DNA of 64,000 nucleotides from a virus. This document shows positions 30,525 to 39,268 of this stretch, one piece after another (within the stretch, counting starts at the first letter, position 1; every line of letters starts with the position of its first letter). Under the pieces are notes generated by a model. It did no database searches. It was given only the letters and a program-made list of their open reading frames with translations, and was not told where the DNA came from. The stretch covers positions 1-64,000 of the IMG/VR virus record IMGVR_UViG_3300034200_001099. The stretch is one strand, 5' to 3'. The position numbers were made by a program, and so were the translations under genes.

Positions 30525-32897
30525 ATGGATTTGTTTAATCCGCCAAAATTATTCAATTACAATATAATGATAAAAGATTTAGATTTTTCCAAGTTTGAAA
30601 ACCCAACTATACAGGTCGTATGGGAGGATTTACCGGAAAACTTTACACAAGATAAAATCAAAAGTGTGAAACATTACTTCCAAAAAAAGTATAATACCAC
30701 TAATGTAAATGTTTTAACTAAGTCAAAGAATGTTGAAACAGATGAGATACAAAGTATTGATGTGTCTGTGAACATATCTGATTCAAATTATCAACTTGAC
30801 TTACTGAAGAAGTTTGTTGATGCCAAAGGGTATTCTAACTACCAAGATGATGTTTTATCGATCAATAAAATGGTTGATAATAAAATGTTGGAAGAAGAAG
30901 GTAATCAGGCTCAATTTAAGAAGTGGTATATTAGAAATATAGAATTCTCCAATTTCTTATCGTATGGTGAGAACCAAAAATTAGATTTTGATAAATTGAG
31001 TGGTATTGTGGTGGTTGAATCAGATCCACCTAATTTTGGTGGTAAAACAATTTTAAGTGTGGACCTTCTAATGTTCTTATTCTTTAATGAAACCACAAAA
31101 ACAACAAAGGCGGAAGAAATATTTAATCGATTTACGGATAAAGATAAAGTAACGGTTAAAGGTGAAATCACAATTGACGGTGAGGATTATATTATTATTA
31201 GAAACATTGAAAGAAAGTTATCTAAGAAGAACGAATGGAATGTTAAAACCGAATTGGACTTCTTTAAGAAGTTATCTGACGGTAGCTTACAGAACTTTAC
31301 TGGTGAACAAAGAAGGGAGACGGAAGCGTTCATTAAAACGTCCATAGGAACAAAAGAAGACTTTCTAATGACAATCCTAACAACGGGATCAAATCTTGAG
31401 GAGTTGTTGGAATCAAAACCAACCGCAAGAGGTCAGGTGTTGTCTCGTTTTATGGGTCTTGAATTCTTAAAAAGAAAAGAGGAAGTTGCCAAAGAAATTT
31501 ACTCTGAGTTTTCAAAACAAAAGATATCAAACATATATTCGTCAGAGTCATTAAAATCTGATAATGAAGGTTATGAAACCAAAATTACAGAGTTAAGTGG
31601 GGAAATTGTGAAATTTAACACAGATTTGGTAGTTATTGATGCATCAATTTTAAAAGGGAAAGAATACCGTGATGATATTATAAAGAAAAAACACGGTAAT
31701 ATCGATAAGGAGATTAGTCTATTGGATCCAGAAAAAACTAAACAAACAATAAATGGGATTGGTTTTGAAAAATCTGAATACATTACCAAAATGAATGAAA
31801 TTAAGGTGGTTAAACCATCTGAGTTTTATCATGAGGATAAACACGATGAAGTAAAAGAACAATACAAAGAGGTTTATCAAGAGAAAGTTCAGATAGATAC
31901 AAACATTAAATCAATAGAAGAACTTAAAAGTTCAGTTGAGGGTGGAATCAAATGTGAGCATTGTGGTATTGAATTAATGAATGCTGCAATTACTAACGCA
32001 AAGATTGCCGAACTTGATGGTTATATCATGCATAAAAACCAAAAAGAGGGGTTAATGCAGGTTTTAACTAACAAAGAACAGTCATTTGTGCAACTTAAGA
32101 AAGACTTTGATGAATATGAGAAAAACAAACTCATCAAAGAGAAATATGAATTGAGTATTGAGAGTTGTGACCTTAAAATTGGTGGGTTAAAAGATAAACT
32201 TAAAAGGTGGGAGGAAGTTCAAGATAAAATTAAAGAGAATACCTCAATAGACACAATTTTGATTAAAGCGGATCTTAGGTTGGACGAGTTGGAATTAAAA
32301 AAGAAAGGGGTAAACGCAAGTATTTCCGAAAATAAGTTTAATATTAAAAACTTGGTTGAAAAGATTGATAACAACAAAAAGATGATTGTTAAAATCAAAG
32401 AAGAAGACGAAAAAGAAAAGATATATAAAATATATTTGGAGGCATATGGTAAAAATGGGGTAACCAAAATAATTATGAAGACTATGATGCCAATCATTAA
32501 CTCGGAACTCCAAAGGTTAATGGAAGATAGTTGTTACTTCAAATTAGAGATTATAATTAACGATAAAAATGAGGTTGAATTTATACAAATTGATAATGGT
32601 ACGGGAATTGAGAAGTTAATGACCAGTGGGTCAGGATTTGAAAAAACAATATCATCTTTAGCGTTGAGATCGGTACTTAGTAAGATATGTACTTTACCAC
32701 ATCCCGGGATTATTATTTTTGATGAGGTTTTTGGTAAAGTGTCAAATGATAACCTTGAAATGGTTGCCGAGTTTTTTATCAAGATAAAAGAATATTTTGA
32801 TAAGATTTTCATCATAAGTCACAATCCTTTGGTGTCTCAACTTAGTAATTGTGTTGTTAAGATTACAAAAGAAAATAATATTTCAAAAGTTTTGTAA
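30525..32897 (+). CDS. sbcC: SbcC/Rad50/gp46-like ATPase with ~130-aa N-terminal extension
   Basis: NFLSYG, Walker A NFGGKT, CEHC zinc hook, SGFEK signature, Walker B IIFDE and H-loop ISH. Confidence 0.9.
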   Translation: MDLFNPPKLFNYNIMIKDLDFSKFENPTIQVVWEDLPENFTQDKIKSVKHYFQKKYNTTNVNVLTKSKNVETDEIQSIDVSVNISDSNYQLDLLKKFVDAKGYSNYQDDVLSINKMVDNKMLEEEGNQAQFKKWYIRNIEFSNFLSYGENQKLDFDKLSGIVVVESDPPNFGGKTILSVDLLMFLFFNETTKTTKAEEIFNRFTDKDKVTVKGEITIDGEDYIIIRNIERKLSKKNEWNVKTELDFFKKLSDGSLQNFTGEQRRETEAFIKTSIGTKEDFLMTILTTGSNLEELLESKPTARGQVLSRFMGLEFLKRKEEVAKEIYSEFSKQKISNIYSSESLKSDNEGYETKITELSGEIVKFNTDLVVIDASILKGKEYRDDIIKKKHGNIDKEISLLDPEKTKQTINGIGFEKSEYITKMNEIKVVKPSEFYHEDKHDEVKEQYKEVYQEKVQIDTNIKSIEELKSSVEGGIKCEHCGIELMNAAITNAKIAELDGYIMHKNQKEGLMQVLTNKEQSFVQLKKDFDEYEKNKLIKEKYELSIESCDLKIGGLKDKLKRWEEVQDKIKENTSIDTILIKADLRLDELELKKKGVNASISENKFNIKNLVEKIDNNKKMIVKIKEEDEKEKIYKIYLEAYGKNGVTKIIMKTMMPIINSELQRLMEDSCYFKLEIIINDKNEVEFIQIDNGTGIEKLMTSGSGFEKTISSLALRSVLSKICTLPHPGIIIFDEVFGKVSNDNLEMVAEFFIKIKEYFDKIFIISHNPLVSQLSNCVVKITKENNISKVL

Positions 32898-32909
32898 CTA
32901 ATTAAAATA

Positions 32910-32925
32910 TTATCCGTATATTTGT
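32910..32925 (+). promoter_or_regulatory. Bacteroidota-type -7 promoter element (TATATTTG) in a 16-bp direct repeat, copy 1
   Basis: ttatccgtatatttgt; TTTG upstream at 32891; ATG 3 nt after the repeat. Confidence 0.6.
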
Positions 32926-32928
32926 GGT

Positions 32929-33519
32929 ATGGAAAATAAAATCATCAAATTTAAAGTTACTAAAAAAGAATCAAAAAATTACTCTGATGTCCAAGAACAC
33001 ACTTGGATTTTAGATAATCAGTTAGATATAGATTATGTCCTGTCACACCCCAAGTTTTCAAAATTTAAACTAGCGGCAACAATTGTCAAATCTGAAAATG
33101 CCGCAGGTTTTAAAATATCTTTAGAACCTGAATTCGTAAATAAACCATTTGTTATCTATATAGTTGTTAAATGTAGTAAAGTTTTAAAAGGTGGTAAATC
33201 AAAAAATAAATTAGATACTAGATCTTATGGTGCGGGAACTGAAAAAAGTTGGACCATGAAAGGGACCCCATCGGAAACTAATTATGTTTGGTCACAAATA
33301 TTTAGAGAATCTTTAAATGACGGATACCCAATAACTTTTTATGGTTATGTTGTCCCATCATCACTACATACTTATCCATCGTTTGATGGTGAAATAGTTA
33401 CTGAGTTAGTTGCCGGTCATTATGAAACTGAAGAAAAAAAATTAAATTCACTATTAAATTCACTTAACGGTAAAAAAGTGATTGGTGAAGGAGATCTTCT
33501 CTGTAAATTAAAAAAGTAA
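32929..33519 (+). CDS. Putative GIY-YIG-like (Hpy188I-type) restriction endonuclease
   Basis: VIYIVV...VLKGGKS...RSY...S.TNYVW....L..G..I.FY and a late E resemble the divergent GIY-YIG REase layout; adjacent to methylase genes. Confidence 0.45.
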   Translation: MENKIIKFKVTKKESKNYSDVQEHTWILDNQLDIDYVLSHPKFSKFKLAATIVKSENAAGFKISLEPEFVNKPFVIYIVVKCSKVLKGGKSKNKLDTRSYGAGTEKSWTMKGTPSETNYVWSQIFRESLNDGYPITFYGYVVPSSLHTYPSFDGEIVTELVAGHYETEEKKLNSLLNSLNGKKVIGEGDLLCKLKK

Positions 33520-33533
33520 ATTTATTTTACTCT

Positions 33534-33560
33534 GCTCGGATATATTTACTTTATCCGAGC
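33534..33560. terminator. Perfect 9-bp inverted repeat (terminator or operator)
   Basis: gctcggata-N9-tatccgagc followed by tatttatt. Confidence 0.55.
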
Positions 33561-33596
33561 TATTTATTAGAATAATAAATATATAAAACTTATAAT

Positions 33597-34514
33597 ATGA
33601 AATTTGATTGCTTACTAACTAACCCACCATACCAAGATTCTTCACACGTTGAGAAGAAAAACACTCTTTGGAGAAAATGGATTTCCTTTAATGAAAAAAT
33701 TGTTAAGGATAATGGTATCACATCTTTGGTTATACCATCTTCATGGATGGGTTCAGGACCTATACTTAGGGAAAACTTTTTGGAAAACGGAAAAGTTAAA
33801 TATAATTTAACTTATATTAATAGAGATGAGTGTAAAAAACATTTTCCAAATGTTGGTTCCACATTTTCATATTTTGTAATGGAGAATAAAAGTTACCAAA
33901 ATAAAACTTCAATTTTATCTAAAAACATCGATGGAAAAATTGAAGTTGTTAATAATTTAAATTTAAATCAATCACTTTTAGAAGTTTTCCCTAGAGATTT
34001 AACTGATTTAGGATTGTCAATAATAACCAAAACTTTAGGGTTGGGGGTTGAAAAATTAGGTATTATTAATAACACATTTAATCATAGTGTTCACAGAACT
34101 AAATGGAGTTTGGATCAAACTGAAGAGTTTTGTTTCCCTATTCAAAATACCCCGTCAAAACTTTATTGGTATAATTACGCTCACCCACATCAAGGATTAG
34201 AGAAACTACTAATACCAACAACAACATATTTCAGGAAACAATCGATTAGTAGTTACGGAGTCACCCAAAGTTTTTGTTATTTGTTAATTGAAAATAATTT
34301 GAATCCTAATATTGTATTAAATAACATAAATAATAAACTATTTGATTATTTAAATGAGTGTTTTAGGTATGCAAATTGGAATTCAGTTAATTTACTTAGA
34401 AAATTACCTAAAATACCTTTAACTCAAGATCTTACTGATAACGATATATTTGAGTTTTTTAAATTGACCACTGAAGAAATAAATCATATTAATAAAATTA
34501 TTACATGGAGATAA
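33597..34514 (+). CDS. Gamma-class m6A DNA methyltransferase, catalytic + target-recognition half
   Basis: Starts directly with MKFDCLLTNPPY, then LW..W, LVIPSSW and F..V; lacks SAM-binding motif I. Confidence 0.75.
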   Translation: MKFDCLLTNPPYQDSSHVEKKNTLWRKWISFNEKIVKDNGITSLVIPSSWMGSGPILRENFLENGKVKYNLTYINRDECKKHFPNVGSTFSYFVMENKSYQNKTSILSKNIDGKIEVVNNLNLNQSLLEVFPRDLTDLGLSIITKTLGLGVEKLGIINNTFNHSVHRTKWSLDQTEEFCFPIQNTPSKLYWYNYAHPHQGLEKLLIPTTTYFRKQSISSYGVTQSFCYLLIENNLNPNIVLNNINNKLFDYLNECFRYANWNSVNLLRKLPKIPLTQDLTDNDIFEFFKLTTEEINHINKIITWR

Positions 34515-34930
34515 TTGATTATATTTCTCATGTTAGAAATAGAGACTACATGAGTGGGATTGAAAGGGATTCACACCGAATTAAAGTGACTGCGGAGATT
34601 TTTACAAAAACTGAATTGGTTGTAGAAATATTGGATAAAATAGAATTGACACAAACTGATATTTTTTTTAATCAAGATAAAACATTCATAGACAATTCCT
34701 GCGGTGATGGACAATTCCTATCCGAAGTTGTCATTAGAAAGATGGAAAGAAGTGGATGTTCTTTAAACCAAGCTCTTAACACAACATATGGTGTTGATCT
34801 AATGGAAGATAATGTAAATGAGTGTAGAAAAAGACTTGCTGGACCAAACCCAACTACTGAAATATTGGAGATTGTTAATAAGAATATTGTTTGTCACGAC
34901 GCTCTAACTTATGATTACTCATTTGAATAA
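34505..34930 (+). CDS. Gamma-class DNA methyltransferase, SAM-binding half
   Basis: AEIFT (motif X), FIDNSCGDGQFL (motif I), YGVDL (II) and IVCHDAL (III), then stop; no NPPY. Confidence 0.75.
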   Translation: MEIIDYISHVRNRDYMSGIERDSHRIKVTAEIFTKTELVVEILDKIELTQTDIFFNQDKTFIDNSCGDGQFLSEVVIRKMERSGCSLNQALNTTYGVDLMEDNVNECRKRLAGPNPTTEILEIVNKNIVCHDALTYDYSFE

Positions 34931-34962
34931 AAAAATTTAAAAAAATAGAACCAATTCCAACT

Positions 34963-34978
34963 TTATCCGTATATTTGT
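34963..34978 (+). promoter_or_regulatory. Bacteroidota-type -7 promoter element in a 16-bp direct repeat, copy 2
   Basis: Identical to 32910-32925. Confidence 0.6.
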
Positions 34979-34999
34979 AAAACAATTTAAAACACACAT

Positions 35000-35515
35000 A
35001 TGAATTACTTACTTTTTGTATATTACGACAACACCGTAGAAAACTCGGAAGAGAAAACAAACGAAATTGGAGGATCAATTGCTGATCAAATGAGTTCTAA
35101 GGAAGTTAAATACATGTTTGGAGACAAACATGCGATATTTCACTTCGCATCTGGATTACCTATTGATGAAATGGCGGGATGGATAGACATCATCGTAGAT
35201 GACTTGGATTGTTTTGAGTATTTTTTAATACCAAAACCAAGAAATTCAGCATCAAATCTTGATAAAGACAACTTAGATCACCTTCTTTCGTTAAAGAAGA
35301 CTATTAAGAAAAAACTTACACCAAAATTAAGAACAAAAAACCTAAAAGATGGTGAATCATTTATGGATATTGCAGATCTAATTTTTAATTTTAAAAAGAA
35401 GGAAGTTTGTAATATGACACTTGATGATTTACTTGATAAAATAGGTGAAGAAGGCCTCGGTTCTTTAACAGAACTTGAAAAACAAAAATTAGACGAATAT
35501 TCAAAATCAATTTAA
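35000..35515 (+). CDS. Hypothetical protein with C-terminal DUF6576-like helix motif
   Basis: LDDLLDKI..EG..SLT..EK..L at the C-terminus. Confidence 0.6.
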   Translation: MNYLLFVYYDNTVENSEEKTNEIGGSIADQMSSKEVKYMFGDKHAIFHFASGLPIDEMAGWIDIIVDDLDCFEYFLIPKPRNSASNLDKDNLDHLLSLKKTIKKKLTPKLRTKNLKDGESFMDIADLIFNFKKKEVCNMTLDDLLDKIGEEGLGSLTELEKQKLDEYSKSI

Positions 35516-35524
35516 TTAAAATAT

Positions 35525-36325
35525 ATGAAAGACAAAAACACAGGATCACACATTAATCAAGAAGAAATATCCCATTACCTTAAAGATATTAGAAAAATTA
35601 AGGTAATGACTGTAGATAGAGAAAAAGAGTTGGCAAAAAAAATAAAATCTGACAACACAACACTCTTAGAAAGAAAACGAATTGAAAGAGAATTAATTGA
35701 AGGGAATCTTCGTTTTGTTATTACTGTTGCGAAACAATATCAAAATCAAGGGTTAGATTTATCTGATCTTATTGCGGAAGGAAATTTAGGGTTAATGAAA
35801 GCAATTAAAAACTTTGACTGGAATAAAGACCTTCGTTTTATTTCTTATGGTGTTTGGTGGGTTAAACAATCTATTATCCAATCATTAAACGATAACTCAA
35901 GAACTATTAGACTTCCGGTCAATGTTGTCCAAGATTTGCAAAAAGCGAAAAAAGAAGTTGAACAACACGGAAAAAAACTTTCTGACAAGTTCTCAACTCT
36001 TCCATCAATTATAGATCTTGATATGTTTATAAACGAAGATGGCGACACATTATTGGATATGATTGAAAACAAAGACGCAGAACGACCAGATGCGGCATTT
36101 GACACTAAAGATATTTTGAAAAAAAAACTTATTGACCTTTTAGATGTTTTAGATGAAAGAGAAAAAGTTATCGTTGGTGATTATTTTGGATTAACAGGAA
36201 CACCCAGAACATTGGAAGATATTGGTTCAGATTTTGGACTAACAAAAGAAAGAGTTCGTCAGATTAAAGAAAAGGCATTAAGAAGGTTAAGAAATGAATC
36301 TTCCGAATTGTTTGATTATTTATAA
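35525..36325 (+). CDS. rpoD: RNA polymerase sigma factor, RpoD/SigA-like, lacking region 1.1 (Bacteroidota type)
   Basis: YLKDI (1.2), NLRFVITVAKQY, DLIAEGNLGL, RFISYGVWWVKQSI, RTIRLP and TLEDIG..FGLTKERVRQIKEKAL. Confidence 0.9.
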   Translation: MKDKNTGSHINQEEISHYLKDIRKIKVMTVDREKELAKKIKSDNTTLLERKRIERELIEGNLRFVITVAKQYQNQGLDLSDLIAEGNLGLMKAIKNFDWNKDLRFISYGVWWVKQSIIQSLNDNSRTIRLPVNVVQDLQKAKKEVEQHGKKLSDKFSTLPSIIDLDMFINEDGDTLLDMIENKDAERPDAAFDTKDILKKKLIDLLDVLDEREKVIVGDYFGLTGTPRTLEDIGSDFGLTKERVRQIKEKALRRLRNESSELFDYL

Positions 36326-36330
36326 AAAAA

Positions 36331-36475
36331 AAGTCGATTTAAGGGTTGAACCGAGATTACCCTTACAACTCGGCGGAATGAGACACGATGTTCTCTAGGT
36401 GAGAATCCTCAATCATATCTATATGGTGTGATGAAACTACACTCCCCCATTGGTACCAGTGGGGGTTTTATTTTT
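36331..36475 (+). ncRNA. Candidate structured small RNA with 5' H-type pseudoknot
   Basis: GC-richer intergenic island. 36340-46 pairs with 36359-65; loop CCGAG pairs with CTCGG 36369-73; two further hairpins, an upstream TATTTATA and a terminator. Confidence 0.55.
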
Positions 36476-36476
36476 T
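36444..36476 (+). terminator. Rho-independent terminator
   Basis: cccccattg-gtac-cagtggggg followed by a T-rich run. Confidence 0.8.
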
Positions 36477-36513
36477 CTTTATCTTTTATATTTATCTATT
36501 ATAGTTTATTAAT

Positions 36514-37755
36514 ATGAAAGAAAAATTTTTGCCTTGGTTTTTATTGTTTTGCGCTCTTGGGTTGTCAGGAACTGCCGCGTATTATAGTGTTGTTGGTTTA
36601 TCAATAGTATTTGTTGGTGTAGCGTTACCCGTTATTATTATGGGATCATTTCTTGAGATATCTAAAATTGCGATTGCAACATACCTTCACGATAAATGGA
36701 AAGAGACATATGGAATTTTAAAGATTTATATGTCCATTGCCCTTGTTACTCTTTCTTTAATAACTTCACTTGGAATATATGGACTTCTAAGCACGGGATT
36801 TCAAGGTAATATTGCAAAACTTGAAATCAACGAAAAAAGAATTAAAAATGTTGAAGTAAAAAAGAAAAGGTTTGAAGAAGTTAAAAACGAACTAACAAAA
36901 GAAAAAAACACTTTAGACGGAGACATTACTAAGTTAAGAGACGGGGTATCTAATAACACAACAACACAATCTGTAGATAGAAAAACCGGACAGGTAATTA
37001 CAAGAGCCAACGACGGTAATAGAAAATTATTTGAATCTCAACTATTACAAGCACAAGTAAGAAGAGACACAATAGCAAAAAGAATTGATAATATGAATGA
37101 CAGTATTACTAATCTTGATATTGAAATTTTAAATATGGAATCAAAAGAAATTTCGGGAAGTGAGTTGGGAGCTTTAAAGTATGTTAGCGAACTACTTGAT
37201 TGGGATATTAAACGAACCGCAAATCTTTTTATTTTAATTCTAATATTTGTATTTGACCCATTGGCAATAACATTAGTAATTGCCACAAATCAGGCTTTTA
37301 AAGGTAAAAGAAAAAAAGAAGATGATGTTAAACCTGAATATGAGAAACACCCATTCCAAGACGAAGTTGAGATTCCTGAAAGTTATTTAACGCATCATAC
37401 CATACATGATACCATACATGATACCATACATGACGCCATACAAGTAGAAGCTGAAATTATTGAAAGAATTGTTGAGGTTCCTGTTGAAGTAATAAGAGAG
37501 GTTGAAAGAATTGTTGAGGTTCCCGTTGAGGTAATTAGAGAAGTTCCTGTTGAGGTAATTAGAGAAGTTCCTGTTGATAGAATTATAGAAATAATTAGAG
37601 AAATACCGGTAGAAACTACTATTGAAGTTCCCTTTAAATATTACATAAATGATTTGGGACAAGTTTTTGATGAAGAAGGTATTGAGATGGAAAATCTTTT
37701 ATTCAATAAAAAAATTGAAGAAATTGAAAGAAAAATTTTAAAATACAAAAAGTAA
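36514..37755 (+). CDS. Multi-TM coiled-coil membrane protein with VPV repeats
   Basis: Three N-terminal TM helices, coiled coil, TM (IFVFDPLAI), TIHD x3 and VEVPVEVIRE repeats. Confidence 0.7.
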   Translation: MKEKFLPWFLLFCALGLSGTAAYYSVVGLSIVFVGVALPVIIMGSFLEISKIAIATYLHDKWKETYGILKIYMSIALVTLSLITSLGIYGLLSTGFQGNIAKLEINEKRIKNVEVKKKRFEEVKNELTKEKNTLDGDITKLRDGVSNNTTTQSVDRKTGQVITRANDGNRKLFESQLLQAQVRRDTIAKRIDNMNDSITNLDIEILNMESKEISGSELGALKYVSELLDWDIKRTANLFILILIFVFDPLAITLVIATNQAFKGKRKKEDDVKPEYEKHPFQDEVEIPESYLTHHTIHDTIHDTIHDAIQVEAEIIERIVEVPVEVIREVERIVEVPVEVIREVPVEVIREVPVDRIIEIIREIPVETTIEVPFKYYINDLGQVFDEEGIEMENLLFNKKIEEIERKILKYKK

Positions 37756-37758
37756 AAT

Positions 37759-38352
37759 ATGGAAGTGATTGAAACTCTAATACCATCAAACTTAAAAAAA
37801 ACAAAAGATAAAAAACAAATTGTTTTAACTCACACTTCTAGAAACATATTTGATTATGTAACATCTTTAAAATTAAGATTTAACGGTGACCCAATAAAAC
37901 TACCACATTATTTAGTCTCAAGAGATGGTAAAGTTATAAGAACAATTGATGATTTAACAAATAGTAATTTTACAATTAATAAGGTTGTTAATGAAAAATC
38001 TATTGTTATTTGTTTAGAAAATTTAGGTTGGTTAGAAAAAGTTTTATTAAAAAATCATCACACTAATTGGATTGGTAATATTTATAAAGAGAAAGTTTTT
38101 GATCGTAAGTGGAGAGATTACTTTTTTTGGCAACCATATACGGATATTCAGTTGGAAAAAACAGCGGAATTATGTAAGGAGTTGTGTAAAAAACATAAAA
38201 TAAAGTTGAAATTTATTGGTCATAATACCAAAGTAAAAGGTGTTGAATCTTTTTTAGGTATCATCACCAAATCCAACTTTGACGATTTTGTAACGGATTT
38301 AAGTCCGGCATTTGATTTTGAAAAGTTTAACAAATTATTGAATTATGAATAA
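37759..38352 (+). CDS. N-acetylmuramoyl-L-alanine amidase-like protein (endolysin candidate)
   Basis: IVLTHT, HYLVSRDG, SIVICLEN, YTDIQ, IGHN and D.SP motifs of Amidase_2; some metal ligands look altered. Confidence 0.65.
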   Translation: MEVIETLIPSNLKKTKDKKQIVLTHTSRNIFDYVTSLKLRFNGDPIKLPHYLVSRDGKVIRTIDDLTNSNFTINKVVNEKSIVICLENLGWLEKVLLKNHHTNWIGNIYKEKVFDRKWRDYFFWQPYTDIQLEKTAELCKELCKKHKIKLKFIGHNTKVKGVESFLGIITKSNFDDFVTDLSPAFDFEKFNKLLNYE

Positions 38353-38917
38353 ATATGATGAAATACAATCTCTTCTAAACGCATCAAGAAGAGCTCTTGG
38401 CGGAAATCTACAAGAAAGTCAAAATAGAGACATTCTAAAAAAATATAGTCTTTTAACAGAACAATCTTTTGAAAAAGAATTGGGACAAGAATTTGAGGAA
38501 GAACCAAATAAAAAAGATTCTGAAGATATTGGTAAACCAAAAGACAAACAAAAAATGTTTAAAATACAAGGAAATGTATTAGTTCTTCATGGAAACGACA
38601 AATCAGACATACAACTTACAACTGACGAAAAAAATGCGTTTATTGAAAGTGTTGATGAGTTTAGAACTAATGTTGCGGAACTTGTTGAGTTTGATAAAAT
38701 GAATGTATTTCCTGAAAATGTTGAGTGGAAAGGAAAAATATTAGAATTAAATATAAATTTTTTTTATACAATAAATGAGCCACATGGAATTTATTTAAAT
38801 GGTGATATGGTAAAGATAGATGAGGAGTATTTAGAAATGGTCGGAAAACTACAATCAAATTATGAAAAATTTAAAACTAAATGGGGTAAAATAGTATCAT
38901 CAAGACAAAAAACATGA
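38345..38917 (+). CDS. Hypothetical protein
   Basis: ORF overlapping both neighbours; LQE/LTEQ motifs near the N-terminus. Confidence 0.6.
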   Translation: MNKYDEIQSLLNASRRALGGNLQESQNRDILKKYSLLTEQSFEKELGQEFEEEPNKKDSEDIGKPKDKQKMFKIQGNVLVLHGNDKSDIQLTTDEKNAFIESVDEFRTNVAELVEFDKMNVFPENVEWKGKILELNINFFYTINEPHGIYLNGDMVKIDEEYLEMVGKLQSNYEKFKTKWGKIVSSRQKT

Positions 38918-39267
38918 AAAACATTTTAAAAGATAATTGGAAAATAATTACCCTTAGTGTATTAGGGGTTATATTTATTTATTTACTAATTAGAGTTTTT
39001 ACTCCAATACCAGATAGATCTGAACTTAATAAATATAAATTAGATCAGATTAACAAAAACATTGAGGGAATGAAAAAACTTCAAAAAAGTCTAAGCGATT
39101 CTATTCAAGTTTATCAACACAAAATAGATCAAGTTGATAAAAATATTTCAAACATAAAGATTGAAAAAAAAGAAGTTAATAATTACTATACCCAAAAAAA
39201 AGAAGAAATAAAAACCGCGGACAAAAAACAAATAGACAGTCTGTTTAAAATTAGATACAATTTTTAA
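38914..39267 (+). CDS. N-terminal TM + coiled-coil protein (spanin-like candidate)
   Basis: Single TM followed by coiled coil; close to the amidase. Confidence 0.5.
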   Translation: MKNILKDNWKIITLSVLGVIFIYLLIRVFTPIPDRSELNKYKLDQINKNIEGMKKLQKSLSDSIQVYQHKIDQVDKNISNIKIEKKEVNNYYTQKKEEIKTADKKQIDSLFKIRYNF

Positions 39268-39268
39268 T

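Noticed and set aside
36311-36400. Programmed frameshift or readthrough of the sigma gene using the A-run and pseudoknot
   Set aside because: All three frames stop within about 25 codons of the sigma stop, so no meaningful extension results.
36376-36443. tRNA or hammerhead ribozyme
   Set aside because: A T-loop-like GGTGAGAATCC and a GAAAC are present, but I could not build a cloverleaf or find a CUGANGA core.
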